Shown here one piece after another: positions 1-8,671 of a stretch of 11,860 nt of DNA. Numbering within the stretch: position 1 is the stretch's first letter; each line of letters begins with the position of its first letter. Origin of the DNA: Candidatus Hodarchaeota archaeon. GTDB taxonomy: Archaea > Asgardarchaeota > Heimdallarchaeia > Hodarchaeales > Hodarchaeaceae. The translations under genes and the position numbers were made by a program. Location: the NCBI GenBank assembly GCA_016839815.1, contig JAEOTM010000188.1, positions 1 to 11,860 of the forward strand, written 5' to 3'. The notes below the pieces were generated by a model. It was not told the DNA's origin and made no database searches. It was given only the letters and a program-made list of their open reading frames with translations.

Positions 1-1
1 C

Positions 2-1780
2 ATAAACATATTCCTCAAACTCGTCGTCGTCTACTTCCTTCGTGATTAATCCCATTTCTTCTGCGTCTTCAGCTTTCACCCGTCTGGATGACATGACAAG
101 ATCCATAGTTTGACCTAAACCAATGTGTCTACGCATGATTTGTGTACCACCCCAGGCTGGAAATAGACCAAGTTGTACTTCAGGTAATCCCATTTTACAA
201 CTTTCCTTGGCAACTCTGAGATCACAGTGCATAGCCATCTCTAAGCCACCTCCAAGAGCGAAGCGTTCCATTGCAGCAATAACTATTTTTGGAATTTGAC
301 GTAACTTCTTGAAAGTCATTTGTCCTTTTCGAACATAGTTGTAAAGGGCGAAAGAATTTGCGTCCAACATCATGGCGGGATCGATTTGTGCACCAGCAGA
401 GAAGCAGTTCGCGTTACCACGAATAACAATTACACGTGTTTTGTCATCATCCCATAAAAGATCAAGAGCTTTCCCTAAATCCTCAAGGAGATCTTGAGAG
501 ATAAGATTAAGGGGAGGATTGTTCAGCATGATAGTTGTAACGTAATTCTCTTCATCTTTGGTAACTTCAACATTATCAAACTCGAAAGGAGAGCTTTCAG
601 CTGCTGCAGCCGCAGGTTCTTTTGTATGTTCCATTAAAGTACCATCTCTAACCCACTTATGTGCACGGAAGACTTCTAATTTATACTTATCCGCTAAACT
701 ATCCATATATTCAGTGAGCTCTGCTAAATCGGCATTTTCTGCTAGTTCAAATGGACCTGCGAAAGCATTCATACCCTTTTTCATACCAGTATCGATATCC
801 TTTGCTCCTCGAACAGCGATACCTTCCTCTAGAACTTTAGCAGCTTCATTGATTTGTACTCTCATTAAATTCATAATGTCAAAGTCACAGTCAACATCCT
901 GGTCAATTTCAGGTCTTCCTGTCTCTGGCCACTTGTAAATACCTTCTCCAGTTTTTTTACCTAATTTGCCAGCTTCAACAAGCTTAGTAAGAGCAGGAGA
1001 CGGTGCAAAGTCCTTATCCAATCTGTCAGCAACGTAATTCATTGAATGATAGGCAATGTCAAGACCTACAAAATCCATTAATTCATAAGGACCCATCCGC
1101 ATACCCATCGACATTCCAGTAGCATCAATTGCTGCGGGTTCATATTCTCCAGAATTTCGCATTTGATCAATTAAGAGCATTGTGATCGCATTAACACGAT
1201 TAACGATAAAACCAGGACTATCCTTTGAAACGATGGGATCTTTCGTCAGCTTTTTGGCAAAAGCAACCATCAAATCAATAGTTTCGTCAGATGTTTTTTC
1301 ACCTTTAACAATCTCACATAACTGCATCATTACCGGAGGATTGAAAAAGTGTAAACCCACTACTTTCTCTGGGCGTTTTGTGGCTGCTCCTATTTCAGTT
1401 ATGGACATGTTGGAAGTATTTGAGCCAAGAATAGCATGCTTAGGAGCAAATTTATCAAGATCGCCAAAAATTTTCTTTTTAAGATCTAGATTCTCAGGAG
1501 CTGCTTCTACACAAAGATCTGCTTTTTTCACAGCATCCTCCAATTTGGTTGTTATTGATAAATTACCCAAGAATTTATCCTTGTCTTTTTCTGATATGCG
1601 AGCTTTCGATGCAAGCTTATTCAGACTCCATTCGATACGACCTTTGCCTTTCTCGACAAATTCGTCTTTAATATCATATAAAGAGACAGTACAACCGGCC
1701 ATTAGGCAAACTTGACCGATCCCATGGCCCATGTCACCGGCACCGATTACTGCTACGTGTTTTATATCATCTAATTTCAT
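2..1780 (-). CDS. Bifunctional 3-hydroxyacyl-CoA dehydrogenase / enoyl-CoA hydratase (archaeal order: dehydrogenase N-terminal, crotonase C-terminal); 3' end truncated by the window edge
   Basis: Manual minus-strand translation, absent from the ORF track. Starts [24 protein letters not shown] (Rossmann GxGxxG), then [28 protein letters not shown] (catalytic His), [30 protein letters not shown]. After an [11 protein letters not shown] linker comes a crotonase domain with FSAGAQI, ALGGGLE and [17 protein letters not shown]. Frame stays open to base 2. An in-frame alternative ATG lies at 1789 (MNIMK). Confidence 0.95.
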   Translation of the reverse strand, partial: MKLDDIKHVAVIGAGDMGHGIGQVCLMAGCTVSLYDIKDEFVEKGKGRIEWSLNKLASKARISEKDKDKFLGNLSITTKLEDAVKKADLCVEAAPENLDLKKKIFGDLDKFAPKHAILGSNTSNMSITEIGAATKRPEKVVGLHFFNPPVMMQLCEIVKGEKTSDETIDLMVAFAKKLTKDPIVSKDSPGFIVNRVNAITMLLIDQMRNSGEYEPAAIDATGMSMGMRMGPYELMDFVGLDIAYHSMNYVADRLDKDFAPSPALTKLVEAGKLGKKTGEGIYKWPETGRPEIDQDVDCDFDIMNLMRVQINEAAKVLEEGIAVRGAKDIDTGMKKGMNAFAGPFELAENADLAELTEYMDSLADKYKLEVFRAHKWVRDGTLMEHTKEPAAAAAESSPFEFDNVEVTKDEENYVTTIMLNNPPLNLISQDLLEDLGKALDLLWDDDKTRVIVIRGNANCFSAGAQIDPAMMLDANSFALYNYVRKGQMTFKKLRQIPKIVIAAMERFALGGGLEMAMHCDLRVAKESCKMGLPEVQLGLFPAWGGTQIMRRHIGLGQTMDLVMSSRRVKAEDAEEMGLITKEVDDDEFEEYVY

Positions 1781-1812
1781 TATGTTCATCCCTACTTAAT
1801 TTCATTTATTCT

Positions 1813-1824
1813 ACTTATATTAAA
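1813..1824 (-). promoter_or_regulatory. Candidate archaeal TATA box, internal promoter for the dehydrogenase/hydratase gene
   Basis: Minus strand reads TTTAATATAAGT, ending 23 nt upstream of ATG 1789. The same 12-mer occurs at 3240-3251 (+). Confidence 0.45.
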
Positions 1825-1839
1825 AGATTGTAGGAGGAA

Positions 1840-3030
1840 TTATCCTCCTTTTTCAATGATGGTTGCGATACCTTGTCCGCCTCCTATGCATGCATTGGCT
1901 AGGCCAAATTGGCCATTTTCCCAATGGAGAATGCGAGCTAAAGTGCCAACTAGACGAGTACCAGTAGCACCTAATGGATGGCCAAGGGCAATTGCACCAC
2001 CTTTAACATTAACTTTGTTTCTGTCTATTCCAAGTTCTTTTATAGCGTTAAGCGCAACTATAGCAAACGCTTCATTAATTTCCCAGTAGTCTATATCTTT
2101 AGCTTCCAAACCAGCCTTTTTTAAAGCTATTTTACTTGCAGGAACTGGGCCTGCTCCCATGATACCAGGATTTACGGCTGCCCAACCCATTGATTTGATA
2201 GTGGCTAAGGGATCAAGGCCATATTCTTTAGCTTTTTCCTTTGACATAAGAACCATTGCTGTGGCTCCTGCGTTAAGTGGGGATGAGTTTCCAGGTGTTA
2301 TTACCCCATCAAAGTCAAATGCTGGCATTAATGCTGCCATACGTTCCATTGTGGAACCACGACGAACAGAAGCATCTATATCAAATATTTCACCATTAGC
2401 AAGCTCAATTGGCATTAATTCATCTTTAAAGAAACCTTCATCCTGCCCTTTTGCTGCAAACTCGTGTGATTCAAGGCTATATTGATCAAGATCCTCACGA
2501 GTTACACCAAATTTCTCTGCAGCCTGTTTGAAGAGTTTTTCTGCTGTTAATCCCATCACAAATCCTGTACCAAAGTCATATTTTTCATACTTATCCTCGG
2601 ATGCTAGAAATGTGGGAGGATCGATATGAGGATTCCCAGCCATTGGAATATGTGTCATATGCTCAATACCTGCGGACACTACAATATCACTATTTCCAGT
2701 CATTATCTGCATTGCACCCGTATGGATCGTGTTCATGGAAGAACCGCATTGTCTGTCAATAGCTTGAGCAGGTACAGTTTCTGGTAGTTCTGCAAGTGCT
2801 ACTATTCCACGGCCTCCATATAACCATTGTTCCATTACATGAAAGGCCGCACCTACTAAAAGATCACCGATTTCAGTGGGATTAATCCCTTTTCGATCTA
2901 TCATAGTCTTAATGAGTCGACCAGCGAGTACATCCATCCGAAAGTCATTTAACAAATCTTTCTCAGGAGCATTAGGTCGTGATCGTGAAAACGGTGTACG
3001 TAAATAATCTACGATTACAACTTCTCTCAT
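1840..3030 (-). CDS. Acetyl-CoA C-acyltransferase (thiolase)
   Basis: All thiolase catalytic motifs are present: DRQCGSS (nucleophilic Cys), [14 protein letters not shown] and CIGGGQG. Start moved from the track's 3045 to ATG 3030 ([14 protein letters not shown]), which has a GGTGA Shine-Dalgarno at 3043-3039. Confidence 0.96.
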   Translation of the reverse strand: MREVVIVDYLRTPFSRSRPNAPEKDLLNDFRMDVLAGRLIKTMIDRKGINPTEIGDLLVGAAFHVMEQWLYGGRGIVALAELPETVPAQAIDRQCGSSMNTIHTGAMQIMTGNSDIVVSAGIEHMTHIPMAGNPHIDPPTFLASEDKYEKYDFGTGFVMGLTAEKLFKQAAEKFGVTREDLDQYSLESHEFAAKGQDEGFFKDELMPIELANGEIFDIDASVRRGSTMERMAALMPAFDFDGVITPGNSSPLNAGATAMVLMSKEKAKEYGLDPLATIKSMGWAAVNPGIMGAGPVPASKIALKKAGLEAKDIDYWEINEAFAIVALNAIKELGIDRNKVNVKGGAIALGHPLGATGTRLVGTLARILHWENGQFGLANACIGGGQGIATIIEKGG

Positions 3031-3163
3031 AACTTCATTCACCACTAATCTGAATTATTTCTTTAGGGTGGATCAATTAAAATGCGAAATAATATTACTT
3101 AACTGAAATAAATTTCCATTATTTCTGCTAGAGCATATTAATCGAATTGACCTAGTGTAGCTG

Positions 3164-3251
3164 ACTTATATTATATTATTTGCGTTCTCACTTACATTAT
3201 AGTTATTTCAGTCTTACTTTGTATTTACTATTAGAAACATTTAATATAAGT
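3164..3251. promoter_or_regulatory. Divergent promoter region with TATA-like boxes facing thiolase (3164-3173, -) and GNAT (3240-3251, +)
   Basis: TAATATAAGT on the minus strand at 3164-3173. TTTAATATAAGT on the plus strand at 3240-3251, preceded by purine-rich AGAAAC (BRE-like). Confidence 0.45.
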
Positions 3252-3330
3252 GTTAAAATAAGCTAATCGACAAATAAACAAAGAAATACATTTTACTGGA
3301 TATCTAATGGTGCATTATGAAGGGTAGAAT

Positions 3331-4611
3331 ATGATAAACTTAGGTGATGGATTAATCCTTCGAACTATAAAAGAATCAGATAGAGATTCATTAGTGAAAC
3401 TTGCTAGTCATTGTTTTCAAAAGGAGGATATGGGTAAAGGAATTAGCATCTATGTGAACCAGTTAGTTGATTACTATCCAAGTTTTTCCTTACAAGATAA
3501 TTTTATTGTTGTTGACACTGCAAAAAATGACATGGTTATCTCATGGGTAAATCTTAACCGGAAAATCTGTGTTTTTGAAAGTGTTAAAATACCCTATGGA
3601 TCCGTAGACATTGTAGGAACTCACAGGGATTATCGGAATAGAGGCTTGGTACGACAATTATTCCAAGCTCTAGAAAGTAGGGCAATGGAATACAACCTTG
3701 CGTTCATTGTCATCCTAGGTATTCCCTATTTCTATAAGTCGTTTGGATATGAATATGGGGTGAGATTCGAGGGTAATATTCAAATTTCTGGGCAAAGAAT
3801 GTTTAATCAACTAGAAAAGAAAATTTCAGAATTTAATATAGAAAAGGTAGTTGATGAAGATTCTTTCAGCCAATATTTAGAAACCAGAGCTAAAAGAAAT
3901 AAACATTTAGACCTCTATCAAGAGTTATCCTCTAAATCTTTTGATTTCTACAATAATCCCAAGCTTGCAGAAAGCGATGAAGCACGTCATTTTTTTCTTG
4001 TGAAAAAAGGAGATTCAATTATTGGAAATTTCTATTCAATGGTTAGATTTGGTAGTTTTTGCATACGAGAACTTTTTTTGGAAAATCTCAGAGCTGTGAA
4101 TTCAATCTTTAGATTTGCATTTTCGGAATCAAAGAAATATAATCTTCCAATCTCAATTCTAAAGCCAGCTCAACAAGAAATACTAATAGAAATTGAGAAT
4201 TTCGTGGGTTCAAACTTTTCTGCTGATTATGCTTGGTTTGTAAAAATCCCTGCTTTTCACTTATTCCTAGAGCAAATAACATCAATTCTAGAAAGACGAC
4301 TCTATAGTTCCAAGTACAAGAATTATACAGGGAGTCTGAGTATTAACTACTTTAAAGGGGGGATTTTATTAGGACTTAAAAATGGGAAATTGAGCTCAAT
4401 TACTAGGTTAATAAACTCTGAAGTTCAAAATTCCAATGTTGAATTCGATCTACAAATCCCTCCTGATAGTTTAATGCAATTAATGTTGGGTCATAAAGCC
4501 ATTGATTCATTAAAATCTGAATCTTATGATATATCATACAGAGAGGGTAGTAAATTTCTTATAGATATCTTATTTCCAAAGATTAGGCAAAGCTTGACGC
4601 CAGCAGTTTAA
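3331..4611 (+). CDS. Eis-like GNAT N-acetyltransferase (GNAT domain(s) plus probable C-terminal SCP2-like domain)
   Basis: Acetyl-CoA-binding motif A VGTHRDYRNRGLVRQLF and motif B GIPYFYKSFGYE. The 426-aa length and C-terminal segment (DLQIPPDSLMQLMLGHK...LIDILFPK) fit Eis-family architecture. Confidence 0.85.
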   Translation: MINLGDGLILRTIKESDRDSLVKLASHCFQKEDMGKGISIYVNQLVDYYPSFSLQDNFIVVDTAKNDMVISWVNLNRKICVFESVKIPYGSVDIVGTHRDYRNRGLVRQLFQALESRAMEYNLAFIVILGIPYFYKSFGYEYGVRFEGNIQISGQRMFNQLEKKISEFNIEKVVDEDSFSQYLETRAKRNKHLDLYQELSSKSFDFYNNPKLAESDEARHFFLVKKGDSIIGNFYSMVRFGSFCIRELFLENLRAVNSIFRFAFSESKKYNLPISILKPAQQEILIEIENFVGSNFSADYAWFVKIPAFHLFLEQITSILERRLYSSKYKNYTGSLSINYFKGGILLGLKNGKLSSITRLINSEVQNSNVEFDLQIPPDSLMQLMLGHKAIDSLKSESYDISYREGSKFLIDILFPKIRQSLTPAV

Positions 4612-4668
4612 GGATAGATTAGTAAAGAATAAGAGCTGAGGAATTGGTTATCCGACTCTGACATTCTC

Positions 4669-4692
4669 TTAGGAGCTAGATTTAGTTCCTAA
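4669..4692. terminator. Hairpin between convergent GNAT and surface-protein genes
   Basis: TTAGGAGCTA-GATT-TAGTTCCTAA forms a 10-bp stem with one G-U pair on the + strand, 8 nt from the stop of the 4701..8489 gene. Confidence 0.4.
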
Positions 4693-4700
4693 TGACGATC

Positions 4701-7700
4701 TTACCTAATCTGTTTTCTTCTTCTTCGTCGAGAATAGAAATGGATGATTAGTATCCACGAGATAATCAATCCAGGAGTCAAGGTTATCCAGTTTGAAGAA
4801 GAACTGGTGGTTGTTGATACTGATGTAGCTGTAGTATTAACAATTATTCCATCATAGGCATAAGCTCCACGATCATCTCCACCGATATTACCATAAGAGT
4901 CTCTTAACTCGACGTATACTAACTGAGGTCCCGTGTCTGCTAAAACAAACTGAACTTGTGATTGAATTGGGGTCCAAGATACTCCCTCGAAGGAGGGGTC
5001 TTGAGAAATTCTCATTTCCTGGACAAGGGGATCTATCCCGATAATCTGAACTACAACGGAAGTTGATAAGGTGTATTTATCACCATTATTGATAACTATA
5101 AATCCTATGGGACGAGTAGCAACGAGATTTGGTATAGCTGACAACACAGGACTAAAATCACTTTCAGCACCTCGGCCTGTAACCGCCACCATCTTATAGT
5201 AATATTCTAGTCCATTAGTTAACCCTAGGTCGACATACGAAGTGTTTGTACCTGTTAGTGTATCAGAAATTAAAGTAAAAACCGGTTGATTTTGACTGGC
5301 ACGGTAGAGCTTAAAGGTTTCATCATCTCTCCGAGCTTGGTATTTAATTGTAACATTTTGATTTCCCGCAATTAGATGGAAACTCGGAGCATAAAGCTCG
5401 TCATCAAATGTAAAATACGGATCACGTAAAAAGGTTACTTCAGAGAAATCATTTTCCCCACCGTTATCAGTGTCAGGTTTAATTGGGTTGGTCCCATATT
5501 TTAACTCATCGATATTCAGTAAATTGTCCAAGTCATTATCCCCATTGGGCCCATCGTTACCTGACGTTTTTGTAGTATTCATTCCGTATCTTTGTTCCCA
5601 ACCGTCAGGCAGTCCGTCTTTGTCTTGATCAGTATCAGGGATAAGGTGAAAAGCCTCACTTGTTTGTCTAGTAAAATGGCCTCCCAACATTGGGGAAATT
5701 CCTTGTGCTTCAACTGTGACAACATAAGAGCCTGACTTCATAGTTCGAGTAAACCAATTGCCATACACCCCATCATTGATTAATCCATCACCATGTTCTC
5801 CATCGTCATAAAGCCATAGATCCCATGTTTCAGTATCTGTATAGCTAGTTCCTGTCATAACCTCCGCTTTTACAGTTGCACCCGTGATTGGAGCGTCGTC
5901 TGAAAGTGACACTAGTATCGGAAATTCACATCCAGTCACTCTGAGGCTAGGATGTTTAATGGAGCGCCTATCAGGAAGAGGAAAATGCATATTGATGGAT
6001 AAGGGATTACTCACAGCTGCTTCAGCAAAATATTCGATGAACCCAGAACTCTCTCCAACAATAATGTGATATAATCCGCTCATGGGTTGGTTTAGATTCC
6101 ACACGTAGTGCCCGTAGTACTTCTGTAAGCCTTGTTTTCCACTGGTGAATGTTGCGGTTATGTCTTTACCATCAGGTGTTCGTAAAACTACTGGTTGCCC
6201 AACAATTTGAGAATCTGCTCGATAATTAAATACAATGGATGCTCTATCAGCTGAATCTAGATGGAAAGGTTCATCAATCGTCCAGAGAGTTGTGTTTAAA
6301 ACTTCTTTACTTGAAAAAACACGTTGATCCTGTGTTGTTTGTTCTGCTATCAATCGATAAATATCTGCCAAATCCGAGGAAAGCGTACCAGAAGCAGGAT
6401 CAAAAGCGAAATATACTGCCCCTCCAGTTTGATATGCCAGCTCCTGTAGAGCTGCAGCTTCGGAATCAATTCCAAGTAAGATCGCAAAAACCTTAGTATA
6501 ATTACCCTGGATAAGATGCTTAATATCCTCAATGAAACGGGGTTCATTTTCTCGCCCATCGGTCAAAATAATAATATTTCGATCAGCAAATGAACCATTA
6601 CTATAGCTATAGAGATCATTTTGAGCAACGAAAAGTCCATCTCCAACTGAAGTGAACCCGCCAGCATTTACAACATCTATTTTTGTGAGAAGAGTGTCTC
6701 TATGTAATTCAACTGCTTTAAGATGCTCTAATAATACAGCGTCTTGATTAAATGACGCTAACCCTACTTGTGTGATGTTGTAGTAGGAATTAACAAATAA
6801 TCGCGCTGCAGCTTGTGCAGCATCCATTTTTTCATTAACACTCATACTACCTGACTTATCCAAAACAAGCATGTTATTAGTTACTCGGAGATAATATAAA
6901 ATAGCCATATTTTCCTGATCCATGGCTCCTGCGTATCGTACAGTTAGATTTTGGTAACCTGATGATGATTGGGTAGGAGCTTGAACTTCTAAATAATAAT
7001 GTCCAAAAACATCAGTACACGTGAGAACATTGGCCGACGATTGCCCTACTTCTACAATAAAATCCTCTTTTTGAATATTGGGAACGGGATCCCAGTTGGA
7101 CATGACTTCAGTAACAATAAGGAATTTTCCTGGATCATAATGTGGGCCAACTACCGCATAGAGATTATCCTGTAAACTAGTGGGGGAAAGAATATTCACC
7201 AAAAGATCTGACCCCCCCGATGAAAATGAATAGCGATATTGAACAGGATCAGGGTTAGACATCCCTAAAGTGGATACAATGAGAATTAATTCATCCCCTG
7301 GGTTAACAACTACAGTTAGATCATAGTGATTATGGTTAGACAAAGTATAATGGTCTATTAGCTGATTATTATTCACTTTTAATAGTGAAAAATATAATTC
7401 TTCATTTGTTACTTGATTTACTTCTACAGTAATCGGTGAATTTGATCCTCGTACAGCAGGCTTGACACGATAATATTTGGGAGCCCAAGAAAAAGGGAGA
7501 AAATCAAAATCAGTTTCCACGGCACCATAAGGAAGAACTTTATCTATTTCTAGTCTCACTGGCATGTAGGGTCGTGGGGGTTGAATTTCGTCTGTATATC
7601 GATAATAATTCTGTTCTAATCCCCAATCCAGGTCCTTTGCAAAATTCGCTGTCACAAAACTCTTAAAAACTGCTTCAAGATTAAGAAAGGAGAATCCTAG

Positions 7701-8489
7701 TCGTTCAAGCATTTTATCGAAAACATAAAACGCGTCATTGCATCCCCCTACCGATTGAGCAGCTTCCCAAAACTCATATAGAGCGTCCACCCCAACTTCA
7801 GGTTCAGATTGAATTTGGCCGAGTTGTTCGGTCACATAGGTCCAAAAAAGGGCTGCATCATAAGACCCTTCAAACAAATTCCGTATAGGATTTAGTAAAT
7901 AGCCATTTACCTCTCCTAAATATCCTGATTGATCCAGATCATCTCCAGTATCAACTAATGGATAGATCTTGTCTTGAAGCATTCGGGCTTGGCCCTCTGT
8001 TACCCAGTCAGGACCTTCATCCCCAGGGTACATATATTGAATCACATGCAAGTATTCATGAACAGCTACCGCTAATTGTTCAATATATGACGCACTACGA
8101 CCAACATTTACATCGGGTACACCTAAATAATATGGATCGAAGGCCATCTGGCCATGACCGTGGCTTATGCCTCCTTTAGCATTGATTCCTAAATCCTCAA
8201 TACCAATCCGAGTTCGTTCATTCCTCTCTGGATCGTCAAAGTTAAATTGAAGGACTCGATTTCGAACATCCTCCATAATAACTCCCCAATCTTCAACTTG
8301 ATCAAGTGTAACTTCATACAGTGGATAGCCTGACCCTGGCGGGATATAATGAATTTGAAAGTGATCGCCAGGAGGATAATAAATTTCCCAGTTCGCTACA
8401 TTTCCATATGATTGGAAAATTGGAAACGTAAGTGTGAATAAGCATATCAACAGTTTAATTTTTGTTCGCAACCTTTTCGCATCCTTCAT
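4701..8489 (-). CDS. Secreted, membrane-anchored multidomain protein: zinc-metallopeptidase-like domain + vWA + CLCA-like/choice-of-anchor-X beta region + Asp-rich Ca-binding repeats + FN3 + C-terminal TM anchor
   Basis: Signal peptide-like N-terminus MKDAKRLRTKIKLLICLFTLTFPIF. HEYLH at aa 144-148 (8046-8060) plus WVTEG (E165). MIDAS LVLDKSGSM (D544), TSVGDGL and ILTDG. LYDDGEHGDGLINDGVYG from about aa 893. DTDQDKDGLPDGWE, DNDLDNLLNIDE and DTDNGGEND repeats. FN3-like YVDLGLTNGLEYYYKMVAV..GAES. S/T linker, hydrophobic helix and RRRRKQIR tail. Confidence 0.9.
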   Translation of the reverse strand: MKDAKRLRTKIKLLICLFTLTFPIFQSYGNVANWEIYYPPGDHFQIHYIPPGSGYPLYEVTLDQVEDWGVIMEDVRNRVLQFNFDDPERNERTRIGIEDLGINAKGGISHGHGQMAFDPYYLGVPDVNVGRSASYIEQLAVAVHEYLHVIQYMYPGDEGPDWVTEGQARMLQDKIYPLVDTGDDLDQSGYLGEVNGYLLNPIRNLFEGSYDAALFWTYVTEQLGQIQSEPEVGVDALYEFWEAAQSVGGCNDAFYVFDKMLERLGFSFLNLEAVFKSFVTANFAKDLDWGLEQNYYRYTDEIQPPRPYMPVRLEIDKVLPYGAVETDFDFLPFSWAPKYYRVKPAVRGSNSPITVEVNQVTNEELYFSLLKVNNNQLIDHYTLSNHNHYDLTVVVNPGDELILIVSTLGMSNPDPVQYRYSFSSGGSDLLVNILSPTSLQDNLYAVVGPHYDPGKFLIVTEVMSNWDPVPNIQKEDFIVEVGQSSANVLTCTDVFGHYYLEVQAPTQSSSGYQNLTVRYAGAMDQENMAILYYLRVTNNMLVLDKSGSMSVNEKMDAAQAAARLFVNSYYNITQVGLASFNQDAVLLEHLKAVELHRDTLLTKIDVVNAGGFTSVGDGLFVAQNDLYSYSNGSFADRNIIILTDGRENEPRFIEDIKHLIQGNYTKVFAILLGIDSEAAALQELAYQTGGAVYFAFDPASGTLSSDLADIYRLIAEQTTQDQRVFSSKEVLNTTLWTIDEPFHLDSADRASIVFNYRADSQIVGQPVVLRTPDGKDITATFTSGKQGLQKYYGHYVWNLNQPMSGLYHIIVGESSGFIEYFAEAAVSNPLSINMHFPLPDRRSIKHPSLRVTGCEFPILVSLSDDAPITGATVKAEVMTGTSYTDTETWDLWLYDDGEHGDGLINDGVYGNWFTRTMKSGSYVVTVEAQGISPMLGGHFTRQTSEAFHLIPDTDQDKDGLPDGWEQRYGMNTTKTSGNDGPNGDNDLDNLLNIDELKYGTNPIKPDTDNGGENDFSEVTFLRDPYFTFDDELYAPSFHLIAGNQNVTIKYQARRDDETFKLYRASQNQPVFTLISDTLTGTNTSYVDLGLTNGLEYYYKMVAVTGRGAESDFSPVLSAIPNLVATRPIGFIVINNGDKYTLSTSVVVQIIGIDPLVQEMRISQDPSFEGVSWTPIQSQVQFVLADTGPQLVYVELRDSYGNIGGDDRGAYAYDGIIVNTTATSVSTTTSSSSNWITLTPGLIISWILIIHFYSRRRRRKQIR

Positions 8490-8671
8490 TCTGGGGTTTC
8501 TGTTTTCAATTATTCTGGTAAGGTTCCTTAAATATCATACCTAATTAAGAAGAAAATCTCCTTTTAGAAAGCATAATGTTGTATTTATATTCCACATAAT
8601 TCGATCCCTCTTTCCCGAAAAATATTGTGAAAAATTATCGGTTATTTAATTGCGTGATTTGTGCAATCATC

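Noticed and set aside
590-620. Poly-Ala stretch ([11 protein letters not shown]) considered as a repeat element
   Set aside because: Ordinary flexible linker between the dehydrogenase and crotonase domains, encoded by mixed codons.
558-1715. Plus-strand ORFs 558..938 and 1182..1715
   Set aside because: Antisense shadows of the dehydrogenase/hydratase gene, which has clear motifs on the minus strand.
1856-2485. Plus-strand ORFs 1856..2089 and 2159..2485
   Set aside because: Antisense to the thiolase, with no recognisable motifs.
3087-3212. Two inverted-repeat pairs: AAATAATAT 3087-3095/3173-3181 and ACTGAAATAA 3102-3111/3203-3212, considered as a MITE or structured RNA
   Set aside because: The pairs cross rather than nest, are very AT-rich and lack a target-site duplication, so chance is a sufficient explanation.
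5884-8179. Short ORFs 5884..6069, 6239..6496, 6350..6559 and 7958..8179
   Set aside because: Nested within the 1262-aa gene (antisense or alternate frame), short, with no supporting features.
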